Shown: positions 1 to 10,464 of the stretch, piece after piece
How positions within the stretch are numbered: the first letter of the stretch is position 1
Layout of the letters: each line of letters begins with the position of its first letter
Assembly (NCBI GenBank): GCA_963845755.1
Contig: CAWJTV010000011.1
Location: forward strand, 448,001 to 512,000
Origin: an uncultured Planctomycetota bacterium
GTDB lineage: Bacteria; Planctomycetota; Planctomycetia; Isosphaerales; Isosphaeraceae
Length of the DNA stretch: 64,000 nucleotides
Direction of reading: 5' to 3'
Made by a program: the position numbers and the translations under genes
The notes under the pieces: model-generated
The model's database searches: none
What the model saw: the letters and a program-made list of their open reading frames with translations, nothing else
What the model was told of the DNA's origin: nothing

Positions 1-379
1 CTTCGAGGGCACGGGCTTGAAGCGAGGCGAAGACTTCGGCGGCAAACATACGGTCGTCGGCTACGAGTGCGACGGCTGCGAATTCACTCATGAAGGACGG
101 GCTGCCGGTCCCCACCGGCCGCGACGGCACGCCGCAGATGGCTTCGTCATCCTCGCCACTTGCCCGGCCCGCTGGCATCCCGCCGACGCCCTCTGGTACG
201 ACCGGTTCCCCCGCGATGCCGCTGGCACACCGGCGCAGGGCGCCGCGGTGCTGGGGATGTATGTCAAGGGCGGGACGGTCGTCACCACCGGCTCAACGGA
301 CTGGGCGCACGGCCTCCGCGGCGGCGACCCGGTCGTGGAGCGGATCACCCGGAACGTGCTGGATCGGCTGTCCAAGTGA
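1..379 (+). CDS. C-terminal fragment of an N,N-dimethylformamidase beta-subunit-like protein (truncated by window start)
   Basis: GYECDG, GTVVTTGSTDW and ERITRNVLDRL motifs typical of this family's C-terminus; frame open from the window edge. Confidence 0.65.
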   Translation, partial: FEGTGLKRGEDFGGKHTVVGYECDGCEFTHEGRAAGPHRPRRHAADGFVILATCPARWHPADALWYDRFPRDAAGTPAQGAAVLGMYVKGGTVVTTGSTDWAHGLRGGDPVVERITRNVLDRLSK

Positions 380-466
380 TCGGACTCCGGACCGTGTGCA
401 GTCCGATGGAGTGCCAGCCGGCCTGTGTCGATCAGGATGCGAGTTATGCTTGAGGAGCCGTGTCCG

Positions 467-1258
467 ATGTCCGATCGCATCTCGATCTCGGACGGAGCAG
501 AGGAGTCCGTGCGCTTCGATCGGCCGTCCTGCCTGGTCCTCCACGGTCTGGGTGGCGGGCCATACGAGCTGGACCCTCTGATCGCGGCGCTCCAGGCAGA
601 AGGACTCGTCGTCCTGGCACCGGTTCTGCCGGGCCACGAAGGACCGGGCCCGTTGATGCCCGCATCTCGCTGGGACGACTGGTACAAGACGGCCGAGATG
701 GGATTCGATGAGTTGGCTGCTTCAGGTCGGCCGGTGTCCGTCGTCGGTTTCTCGACGGGTGGCACTCTGGCCCTTCGCCTGGCGACTCGCCGACCTGTCG
801 CGTGTCAGGTGCTGCTGGCCCCGTTCCTTGCGATCCGGTACAGCGGACTGATTCCTCTGCGTCCCGCGTCCTACCTGCGCCATCTCGCGCGAGTCATCGT
901 CAACCTGCCCCGCCGCGCTCCGGCCGTCCGCGACCGAGAAATGCGACGCTGGGCCGCGCAAGCCGATCGATTCCGGACCTTCAACTTGCACGCGACTCTG
1001 AGCGCCCTGGAGCTGATCGCTGAGGTCGAGCGGGAAGTGCCCGAGATCCGCGTCCCGACCATGATCATCCAGGGCCGCCGGGATACCGTCGTGGAGCCCG
1101 CGAATGCCTCCTGGCTGCACCGGAACCTCGGAGCGACCGAGAAGAAACTCCTCATCATGGATCGATCCGACCACCTCCTGGCGCTCGATCGTGATCGCGA
1201 ACGCGTGATCGCGGAAACATTGGCATTTCTCCAAGAACGGCGCGGACCTTCATCTTGA
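467..1258 (+). CDS. Alpha/beta hydrolase (carboxylesterase-like)
   Basis: LVLHGLGG oxyanion motif, GFSTGG nucleophile elbow, D(TVV) and SDH catalytic residues; GAGGAG RBS before ATG 467. Confidence 0.85.
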   Translation: MSDRISISDGAEESVRFDRPSCLVLHGLGGGPYELDPLIAALQAEGLVVLAPVLPGHEGPGPLMPASRWDDWYKTAEMGFDELAASGRPVSVVGFSTGGTLALRLATRRPVACQVLLAPFLAIRYSGLIPLRPASYLRHLARVIVNLPRRAPAVRDREMRRWAAQADRFRTFNLHATLSALELIAEVEREVPEIRVPTMIIQGRRDTVVEPANASWLHRNLGATEKKLLIMDRSDHLLALDRDRERVIAETLAFLQERRGPSS

Positions 1259-1303
1259 ACGAGCCCGCTTTCCTGCGGGATGGATCAACCTCGCGGTCCC
1301 GCC

Positions 1304-1765
1304 TCATGGGACCTTGTAAGATTGGTCACGAACGACAACCGTCTCGGGTGTGAACCGGATTAATGGTACGCCGGTCTCGCCATCGATGTCCTCGCGAAAC
1401 CGCGGGTCCCATCGCGTTTCGTCGGGGCCGAAATACTTCTTGAAGATCGTGCGAGCGACTGCGGTGTCGAACGGGAGCACCTCCGCCCGGCCACGCAACC
1501 CGACGTGCTGGCTGAGCCCTGTCGCCGGATTCCAGTCCACGATGCCGATGGCGCAGCGGGGTTCCCGCTTGAGGTTCTCCGGAAACGATGTGCCGCCGAT
1601 GATCCAGAGAGCCTTGCCATCCCAGTGGAACCAGACCGGCGACTCCCGCGGCCCATGCTCCGAATGGTGAGCCAGATGGGCGTACAACGGCCGCGAGAGG
1701 AACTCGTCGAGGTCGAAGATCTCGCGATCCCCGGCGGACACCTTGCTCTCGACGATCCTCATCAT
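1304..1765 (-). CDS. Pyridoxamine 5'-phosphate oxidase-like (split-barrel flavin-binding) protein
   Basis: PRESPVWFHWDG, NLKREPR and HVGLRGRAEV pattern; AGGAGG RBS upstream. Confidence 0.75.
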   Translation of the reverse strand: MMRIVESKVSAGDREIFDLDEFLSRPLYAHLAHHSEHGPRESPVWFHWDGKALWIIGGTSFPENLKREPRCAIGIVDWNPATGLSQHVGLRGRAEVLPFDTAVARTIFKKYFGPDETRWDPRFREDIDGETGVPLIRFTPETVVVRDQSYKVP

Positions 1766-1782
1766 GCCTCCTTTCCTTCGAT

Positions 1783-2382
1783 TCAGAGGGTTAAGCCGGA
1801 CTTGCTTCGTGCGATGATCTCTTCGATGACAATCGATTTGGCATCGGCATAATTCTGGACGTACTTCCAATCCTTCTGGGCCAGGGCCAGCTTGGTGCGT
1901 GCATAGAGATCGCGATCGGCGGCGTTGCGGCGCAGCCATTCCCGAAACTTCAACATGCGGTGGATTTCCGGACAGCCGGACGAGAAGACATGAAGGTTGA
2001 TGTCCGTGTCCGGCCCTTTGAGCATCCGGTGCTCGTACCAGTTGGCCTCGCGAATCCGTAGCAAGTAGCCGGCGGCCTCCATGGCCGGAACATACGTCTT
2101 CTCATCCGCCGAGTCGGCTACTACGAGGAGAATATCGATGATCGGTTTCGCAACGAGGCTCGGCACGGACGTCGATCCGACATGCTCGATCTGAAGCGAT
2201 TGGCTCCCGAGCACGGCCCGGATTCTGTCGGCCTCACGCCCAAAGAGCTCCGGCCACTGCGGATCGTAGTCCACAATCCGGATCGGGCAGGTCAATGGCT
2301 TCAGCTCTCCGATGGTGTGGGCGCGGATCTGTCCCTCGGTGAATGGAATGCGGTTATCAAATGGCTGCGCCCCTTTCGACAT
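1783..2382 (-). CDS. GrpB/UPF0157 family protein
   Basis: YDPQWP, IEHVGSTSVP, AKPIIDI, NLHV, FREWLR, Y...K and Y..AK motifs. Confidence 0.9.
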   Translation of the reverse strand: MSKGAQPFDNRIPFTEGQIRAHTIGELKPLTCPIRIVDYDPQWPELFGREADRIRAVLGSQSLQIEHVGSTSVPSLVAKPIIDILLVVADSADEKTYVPAMEAAGYLLRIREANWYEHRMLKGPDTDINLHVFSSGCPEIHRMLKFREWLRRNAADRDLYARTKLALAQKDWKYVQNYADAKSIVIEEIIARSKSGLTL

Positions 2383-2384
2383 GG

Positions 2385-5300
2385 TTACCTCGCCTTCTCC
2401 TCCCACCACCAAAGGCGTGGCAGCGGCTTGGGATCGGTCCAGATCCGATCGAGGGTATCGCCCTCGAACAGCTCGCCGTTCTTCATGACGTAGCGGACGG
2501 AATTCGTGTTCTGGATGTCCGCGAGCGGGTCCTTGGCGAGCACGAGGAGGTCGGCGAGCTTGCCGGTCTCGATGCTGCCAAGGTCCTGGGCGTAGCCAAT
2601 GGCCTCGGCACCGTGCAGGGTGGCGGCGCGGAGGACTTCCAGCGGCTTCCAGCCGCCACTGGCCATCGCCCACATCTCCCAGTGGTAGCCGATGCCCTGC
2701 ATCTCGCCGTGGCTGCCGATGCAGACGTGTCCGCCGGCGCGGGCGACCTTGGCCGCCGAGGCGGCGATCCTCGGGAAGACGTGCTCGTCCTTGTGGAACC
2801 ATTCCGAGCGCCGGACCTTGCCGTCGAGGATGTCGTGCGGGATGAACCGGCGGATCTTCGGGTCGTCGTGGATCGTGGTCGTCGTGAAGAAATAGGTCTC
2901 GCCGAACGGCCCGCCATAGGCGACCAGCAGCGTCGGCGTGTATGAGATCCCGGTCCGCGCGAACAGCTCGACGACATCATTGAAGAGCGGGACCACCGGC
3001 AGGCTGTGCTCGTTGCCGCTGAAGCCGTCGAGGGCGTGCGTCAGGTTCAGCTTGAGGTCGAGGCCGCCCTCGGTAGTCGGCATCACTTCGTTCTTGCGGC
3101 AGGCTTCGATCATCCACTGCCGCTGCTGTCGGTTTCCGATCATGTACGATTTCAGCGTGTTCGTGCGGTAGTACTTCTTGTACTTGGCCACGACCGCTTC
3201 CACGTCCTCGGCCGACTGGAAGTCGGTGTCGGAGAAAACCCCAGGACCGGTCGAAAACGCCCGCGGACCAACCATGTCGCCCATCTCGACGAGGTCCTGA
3301 TAGGCGAACATGTCGTTTGTACTGGTCTGAGGGTCGCGACCGGTCGTCACGCCATAAGCCAGGTTCGCGAAGAACGACCAGTTCTGCATGTCGAGGATCC
3401 CGCGGCGGATCTCGGACCAATGGGCATGGGTGTCAACGAAGCCGGGCACGATGGTCGTCCCCGACACGTCGCGGATCTTCGCGCCCTCGGGCACCTTGAC
3501 CGAGCCCTTGGGACCGACGCCCGCGATTCGATGGTCGGTGACGACGACGTCGCCGCCGTCAATCACCTCATCGCCGCGCATTGTGACGATCTTGGCCCCA
3601 CGGAGCACGATCGTCCCGCTCGGCCGGCGCCTGGGTCGCTCAACGACCACGGCGATTTCTTCGGGTTTGGGCTTCCGCGCCTTCTCCTCGGCCTCGGCCT
3701 TCTCCTTGTCCTGATCCTCGTCCATTTTGAGGGTCGTGAAGACCACGGAATCGAACGACAGGCGGAAGAAGCTGGAGCCGACCGCCCACGTGATCGTCTT
3801 GCCGCCGTCGGTCCAGGCGGCATAATCGGCACCGACGTCGGTGAGCTTCTTGAGCGGAACGGAGGGTTCGTGGACCGAGACCTTGGGTGCCTCGCCACCG
3901 AACCCGGGCAACGCCACGAGGTAGAGCTGATTTGTGACGCGGGCCAGCGCCCAACGTCCGTCGGGTCGGAGCAGGATCTCGTCGGCCGGCTCCGGCTCGC
4001 TGGGTCGGTAGGCCGTCTTGCCGGTGACACTGATATGGGTCCGCCGGTCGGTGCCATCGTATCGCATCGAGACCAGGCCCTGGGGCGTGGTGACGAAGAT
4101 GCGATCGGTCTCCTTCGCGAAGTGGGGGCGGCTGGCGCCCCGGGCGGGACGGATCAGCGTGGTATCGCCCCCCTCGGCCGGGATCCAGACGAGGTCGAGC
4201 CCGGCGGTCGGTCCGAAATCGACCGGGTTCTCGACGTGCTCGCGCCGAGGTGCGCGCAGGGCGACGATCCGCTTGCCGTCGGGAGACCAGACCGGGTCGC
4301 GATAGAACGCAGTGGCTCGCGTGAGCCGCGTGGGCTCGCCAGTGCCGTCTCCGGGCCGCTTCCAGAGATGGCCGCCCTCCGGCGCCCAGCTCACGTATGC
4401 CAGCCACTTCCCATCGGGCGACCAGCTCGGGTGGAACTCGCGTGCGCCCTCGGCCGAGAGTGGTCGCGGTTTCCCCTCAGGCAGGTCGACGACATGGAGC
4501 TGCGTGAGGGCCGAGAACGCCAGATGCTTGCCGTCGGGCGATGGCGACGGCGCCTGGATCAGCGCGCCCGCACCGGGCCGTCGTCCACGCGGAGTGGGAA
4601 ATTCAGCCGCGAGCCCACGGGTTGCGAGACCTTGGTTGAGAAAGGGATCACCGGATCGTCGCCCGTGACGATATCGATTCGATGGATCTTGCCGCCGTAG
4701 GCCGCCAGGACATTCTTCCCATCCGGCGTGAAGGCGTAGCCCGGGATCAGATCCCGGGTGAACCGCGATTCTTGCTCGTCGCGCTGGATTGGCCGTTTCA
4801 GCCATCGTTCCTCGCCGCTGGCCAGATCGCGAATCCGCAGCCCGGTCTCGTTGTCGAGGCGCGTGCCGTAGACCAGCTTCGTCCCATCCGGCGAGAGTAC
4901 GGGGCGAAAGGCGCTGCCCTGCGCCTCGGTGATCGTATCCTCATCGCCGGTAATCCGGTCGCGTCGCGCGACCTGCGAGAGCGGAAAGTCCAAGTTGTTA
5001 TAAGCGTTGAACATCTTGTTCCGCTTGGTGTAATAGAGGTGCTTGCCGTCCTTTGTGGCGACGGCGCCGATGGCGTGCACCCACTCGTCGGGCTTGGCGT
5101 CGGGCTTCGACTTGCTCTTGGTGACCGCAACGCCCGAGCCGCCACGGATATGGTACATCCACAGCTCGAAGGCACCCCAGGGAAGCTGAGGCTGTCGCGA
5201 GACGAGCAGGTAATCGCCGTCGGGCGTCCACGCCGGCGAGGCGAAGAGGCTCTGCTTATCCTTGGTCAGCGGCCGGGGATTCGATCCATCCGCCCCGGCG

Positions 5301-5735
5301 ACCCACAGGTTCTCGGCGCCGTCGCGGTCGCTGACAAATGCGATCATCTTGCCGTCCGGCGAGAAGGTTGGCTGGCTGTCGAACGCCGGATCCCGTGGTG
5401 ATCGCCTTCGCCTCTCCACCAGCGATCGGGAGGGCATACAGGTCGCCCAGTAGCTCGAAAACGATCGTCTTGCCATCGGGCGAGACGTCGAGCGAGACCC
5501 ACGTCCCTTCGTCGGTCGTGAACTCGACGGTCCGGTCCGGTTTCAGCGGCAGGCCCTGAGCCTTCTTCTTCGGCTGGTCCTTCTTCTCCTTCGAATCGGG
5601 CTTCTCCTTGTCCTTCTCCTGTGCGGCCTGCGCCCGCGTCTCATTCGGGGTGCATAGGACAACCGGCAGGACCATCATCCCGGTGAAAATGCCCAGGCAC
5701 GCGATCCGGATCAGGCGCGGGAACATCGGCGTCAT
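2385..5735 (-). CDS. Secreted amidohydrolase with N-terminal TolB/PD40 beta-propeller (frameshifted across three ORFs)
   Basis: Signal peptide (MTPMFPRLIRIACLG), many SPDGK repeats, PGFVDTHAH metal motif, GSIETGKLADL; joins ORFs 5256-5900, 4559-5476 and 2385-4805. Confidence 0.85.
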
Positions 5736-5753
5736 GGGTGTTCCGATCCTCGG

Positions 5754-5811
5754 AGGTCGAAAGGAGAGAGCACTCGGTGGGCGTCGCAATGTCACCCACA
5801 ACTTTCGACCT
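5754..5811. other. Imperfect hairpin immediately upstream of the amidohydrolase RBS
   Basis: AGGTCGAAAG (5754-5763) pairs with CTTTCGACCT (5802-5811), with an inner GTGGG/CCCAC stem. Confidence 0.5.
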
Positions 5812-5930
5812 ATCCTACCGGAACGTCGACGCCATTCCAGGGTCATCAAGTTGGCGGAGATAACGAGCAGCCGGCTCACGTTGGCTCGGCGGCGCCACAT
5901 GGGATGTTACTGGCAGGACTTCACGGTTAC

Positions 5931-6624
5931 TCAGCGGCGGCCTGACGTTCGACGCGGCGGGAAGAATTCGTCGCCGGACTCTGCCTTATACGGCTGGCGG
6001 CGGATTACTTCTGCCGTCCGAACCAAAGCGTTCATGACATACCCCGCCAGGACGACCGACCAGGGACCCTCGCCCGGAATGCCATAAGCTTCACGGACCT
6101 GCGGCCTCTGCAGCAACGTTGCAAGTGCGGGATACTGCCTCGCCAACGACTCCAGAGATACGGAAGGCAGCGTTTCCGGATCCGTCTGAAGCAGGTCGAT
6201 CTCGACCTCGCGATACGCCTCGATCACCATTCCAGCGCAGCTAAATCTGCGACAGATCATTGTCCCGTCCGGCGCCTGTACAGGTCGGACATGGGGGGCG
6301 ATGATGTACTGTTTTCGGCGATCGTTTCGAATCTGCGCTGCTTCGTACTCTGATTCCAGTTCGTCGATGAATACGTCGATCTGCCGGATTTCGTTGACGG
6401 TGAGAGCCGCCGTCCCTGCGCAGTGAATCGAAGAACGCGAAGTTCCCCGTTCCAGGGGGGGCATCATGTGGACCAGCGAAATCTCGTCGGATTCTCCGAA
6501 CGAACTGATCTCCTCACCGGCAAGGCCGACATGGCCGATAAAATCCGGCGTCCCGCTCGAGTCATGTCCAGCGACGTCATATTTGCGGATTGTTACCGGA
6601 GTTCCGCCGAACCGCTGCCGGCAT
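5931..6624 (-). CDS. Putative permuted papain-like (YiiX/YaeF, NlpC/P60 superfamily) enzyme
   Basis: His-before-Cys order: YDV...GHVGL...Y...FSCAGMVIEAY...IDL; ATG 6624 with GAGG RBS needs one frameshift just after the start. Confidence 0.55.
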
Positions 6625-6699
6625 ATCGGATTTCCTCTTTTCACGATCCTCGTCAAGCAGACCAACACTACGAAGCAACGGCGGATCTCCACCTTCAGG

Positions 6700-8020
6700 T
6701 CAGCCGGCTTCCTGTGTCGCCAATGAACCGACCAGCCCTTCAACGGATTCGAAGGAGCTTTCCTTCAGTTCATGGCGGAGACGCATCACACGGCGAGCGA
6801 GCAACTGCCTGAACCAGGGGACTTTGAGTTCCGAGACGATTTGAAGTACTTCCGCGACGTGTCGGCTTCGTAGAAGTATCAGCCCGAGGGTCGCATTGAG
6901 GGCAATCGTCCCATACTTCTCTCTCGCCAGAAGTCGCGGATTCAAATACGTCTTGGCAATCTCCCGAAGTCGATCACCCAACTCCGGCAGGGAGTCGTTC
7001 GGTTCCGGCGGATTGGCCGTGAGCTTGCGCACGATCATCTTGACCAGTTCGAGCTCGACCTCCAGGGGAACCGGCGTCCGCGAACCGGCCTCGAGTAAAT
7101 GGGCCGCATACGCGAGAGCCTCGTCGGCTTGCAATGTCGCGACGCACTTTCCGAATCGCCGCGCCAACTGCCACGATATCGTCCGGGCTGTTGCTCTCGC
7201 GGTAATCGGTGATGAAGCTCGCAGGGCCGCGTTAAGGCGGCCGAGTTGTGTGGGCCCGAAGTCGACGACCTCGGCTTCAATGATCAGTCCAAGCTGGTCC
7301 TGATGGCCCAGGGACCTGTCTTGGAGGCGATGCAGAAGCTCCTCAGACGAAAACACATTGGCATCTTCTTGAGGCTTCGCGAAGGACAACTCTTGCGGTG
7401 GCTGAAGGTCAGTCCGCCTAGAACGGCTTTCCGCGGCATACCGTAAGGACAGAGAGGCTAACGAAGGCCTCCCGCCCCGACGCTGAACTGTCGCTTTCGT
7501 ATGAATATGAAGTGGCTCGCCGGATGGCCATCCCCATTTTCCGCGTCCCCATGCTGGGTAAGATAGCCATTCGCAAACTGCTTGAGCCGCTGGCAAAGGG
7601 CAACCTTTTCTCGTTTCATCATCTTCGGCGTTCCATAGCAAAAAGGCCCCCCCCTGATTAACAACGGTCTGCATGTAGTCCCAGAATTGACCCCGCATTT
7701 CTGACTGAGCGTCGGTCGTTGAGGTTTCCGCCACCTTCTCATACTGACGAAGACCCTGGCTTGTGTTGACGTTGACGATACGCCGGACAAGCGCTGTGCA
7801 ACGCGTCTTCGAGGTACCAACCTGGTCGGGCCGATTCGACGTTGATGGCCCGTGGTCGGATCTCGACACATTCGTACGACCGTATCCACTCCAGGGAGCT
7901 GGTGGCCCTTACTTAGAGTAGCCGCACGCCAGCGGGCGAAGAAGCGGTGCCTCAAATTTTCGTCGTTCGGCTAGGGGAAGCTAGCCACATTAAATCACTC
8001 ACGGCAGACGTTACTCCCAT
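6700..8020 (-). CDS. Hypothetical protein with helical-repeat-like C-terminus (multiple frameshifts)
   Basis: ATG at 8020 directly follows the upstream TGA; long ORF 6700-7869 with amphipathic helices (EVELELVKMIVRKL, LGDRLREIAKTYLNP). Confidence 0.5.
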
Positions 8021-8729
8021 TCATTCTTCGTGCAACTCAAGAAAGCCATCCGGAATCCATTGGTCGAAGGAGTCTCGCATGATTGTCAGTTTCTGTTGAG
8101 CCTTCTCGACTTTTTCAAGAAGATCCTTCAACACATCAGCAGAGAGTAACAGTTCGATGCATCTGGTTTCCTCCGCCTGGGTTTCGTAGTCCAACTTGAG
8201 CGTCGTCAGAGAGACCAGTCCTTCAACCCGTTGTCTTGCTCGGTCGAACACGGGACGGACATCGCAAATCAGCTCAACCCGCTGGGCTTTGTTGCCTGTC
8301 AGGGTCGCGAGCCTTGGGCCTTCTGAAATCGATCCCAGGCAGGATATTCCCTGATGAGATTCGCCAATTTCTGCTGTATCGTTGCGAGAATCTCCTCTGA
8401 AACACGCTTGAGCGTTCTGTCTGCGTTGGCTCCGCGCCACTCTTGAAGAGAAGCTTAGAACGCAATCGATTCGCCCCGGCGGAATGCTGTGGATCGCGCT
8501 GATCACCGCAGACACCTGTTGCTCCTCGGGCATCACCTCCCGTACAAGGCTTTTCAGTCCCCCTTCGTTCAGGAAGCCGCCGGCTTTTTCCAAGGCGGCG
8601 ACCATGCGATCGATGATTCGCTCGGTATCCCGGCGATCACAAGCAGATCCTCAACCATCTGAGGCGGAACTAGGTGTCCGCCAAGCAGTTCGGTTGGGGA
8701 ACCTGCGAAAAGAAAACGCGGTCTGCCAT
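8021..8729 (-). CDS. Hypothetical protein: helical N-terminus plus beta-beta-beta-alpha C-terminus (possibly COMM-domain-like), frameshifted
   Basis: ATG 8729 with GAGG RBS; C-terminus RVELICDVRPVFD...SLTTLKLDYE...IELLLSADVLKDLLEKVEKAQQKL. Confidence 0.55.
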
Positions 8730-9045
8730 GGTCAACCTCGTTGGCCGCGGCCGGTTCCCGGGCTCGCCGGGGCCGCACTCGGTAGACTCTTCCTAGATCG
8801 AACTTACACAATCCCTCGCCGTTTCGCCACAGGCAACTCTTGCCCCTCGACGATTCGTCGTGGAATGGATGCCCCGTGCGCAACGCCTCCCGGACGAGTT
8901 GACCCGGCCATTGCCTCCTTATCAACGTTCTTCGGGATACTACGAAGTGAGGGCCGCAGCCGGAGACATGCGTCGCAGGTCACCACGGTCGACCCCACCG
9001 CCCAAATAAAGCATAAAGGCGGGGAAGTCAAGAGCAGTTCACGAC

Positions 9046-9534
9046 TCACGCCTCCTCGGACAGTCCCATCGCCTTGCGCTTCTCCAGGATCTGCGCGAGG
9101 TGATGCGGGACGTGCTCGACCTCGGCCTGGAGCATCTCTTCGAGCGTGATCAGCCCGCGCTCGCTGTGCACGCCGATGCGCGACCAGGCAGCCTCGGGCT
9201 GGGCGCGGAGCGTCCTGGCCATCTGCCGGCGCATGGCTTCCAGGAGGTTCAGCTCCTCTTCCAGGTTCGCGTCGTGGTAAGGAAGCGTAGCCGTGAACCG
9301 GCTCTCGTCGTAGCCGATCAACAGCGGCCGCTCCTCGGCGATGACCCGCTTCATCCGGTGGCACCACGCCTGTTCGCTGTCGACCAGGTGGCAGACCACC
9401 TCGAGCGTGCTCCACTTGCCCGGCACCGGGCGGGCACGCAAGTGTTCGGGGCTGAGGTCCCCAACCGCGCGGCGAAGTCGGGGCAGACTGGCCAGATAGG
9501 CATCGATCTGGTCGCGGTGAGAGGATTGCGGCAT
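9046..9534 (-). CDS. DinB family protein
   Basis: PGKWSTLEVVCHL, GVHSERG and HVPHHLAQI metal-binding His pattern. Confidence 0.9.
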   Translation of the reverse strand: MPQSSHRDQIDAYLASLPRLRRAVGDLSPEHLRARPVPGKWSTLEVVCHLVDSEQAWCHRMKRVIAEERPLLIGYDESRFTATLPYHDANLEEELNLLEAMRRQMARTLRAQPEAAWSRIGVHSERGLITLEEMLQAEVEHVPHHLAQILEKRKAMGLSEEA

Positions 9535-9784
9535 CGCGAAATTCTCCGAGAAGGGACGTGTCGGTTCGACGGACCCAATTCCACCCGACACGGATCGCTC
9601 TCCAACGGTTCGCGCAGGAGCTCGGTTGGGCGGCTCGGGTATCCGCGCCGGGGATTCCATGGGTTAGACTATCCCCAGAGATGACCGGCAATCAAGCGAC
9701 TCATCGTGTAGGGCAGGGGGGACGCCTGCATCCCAGAGCTCGTCGGCATGACGCCTGGACTGGACCACAAGGACTCAACCTGTC

Positions 9785-10300
9785 GTGTCCGTCGAACTTC
9801 TGATCAGCGAATCCGAGATCCGTGACCGTCTGACGGTGATGGGCCGGCAGATTGAAGACGATTACCGGGGCAAGCCGCTCACGATCGTCGCCGTACTGAC
9901 GGGAAGCCTCATCGCCCTGTCCGACCTGGTCCGCCAGATCCGCAGCCCGCTCCGGATCGCCCTGGTGCAGGCCAGCAGCTACCGAGGCGCGACGACCACC
10001 GCGACTACCCTGATCATCAACGAAGCCTTCGCGCCGGATGTCAACGGCCGCGACGTGCTCCTGCTCGACGACATCCTCGATACCGGCCAGACGCTTTCCG
10101 CCCTGGTCCGGCATATCCGGGATCGCGGCGCCGTGACGGTCCGGACCGCCGTAATCCTCCGCAAGATCGGCAGGCAGGTGGTCCCCATCGAGCCGGACTA
10201 CTGCGGGTTCGTCATCCCGGATGTCTTCGTCGTCGGCTATGGGCTGGATTTCAATGACGAGTATCGCCACTTGCCGTACGTTGGGGTACTCCGACAGTAG
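9785..10300 (+). CDS. hpt: Hypoxanthine phosphoribosyltransferase
   Basis: VLTGS, SSY, VLLLDDILDTGQTL PRPP motif, FVVGYGLD...YRHLPY. Confidence 0.93.
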   Translation: MSVELLISESEIRDRLTVMGRQIEDDYRGKPLTIVAVLTGSLIALSDLVRQIRSPLRIALVQASSYRGATTTATTLIINEAFAPDVNGRDVLLLDDILDTGQTLSALVRHIRDRGAVTVRTAVILRKIGRQVVPIEPDYCGFVIPDVFVVGYGLDFNDEYRHLPYVGVLRQ

Positions 10301-10463
10301 GAAGTAGGTAGTAGGCAGTTGAATACAAAGAAGGATGACGGAGCACACTCGAGGTCTCTCATGTACTCCTTGCTATCACTCTGGTACAGACGAGGGTTCA
10401 GGGGTGACTGCGGGTCACACTCTCTCTTCGCTACCGACGGCCTACTGCCTACCGCCTACTGCC
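10295..10463. repeat. Inverted pair of heptamer tandem repeats (GCAGTAG / CTACTGC type) between hpt and the GT4 gene
   Basis: cagtaggaagtaggtagtaggcagt at 10295-10319 versus ctaccgacggcctactgcctaccgcctactgcc at ~10431-10463; a similar short run lies at ~11676-11697. Confidence 0.7.
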
Positions 10464-10464
10464 C

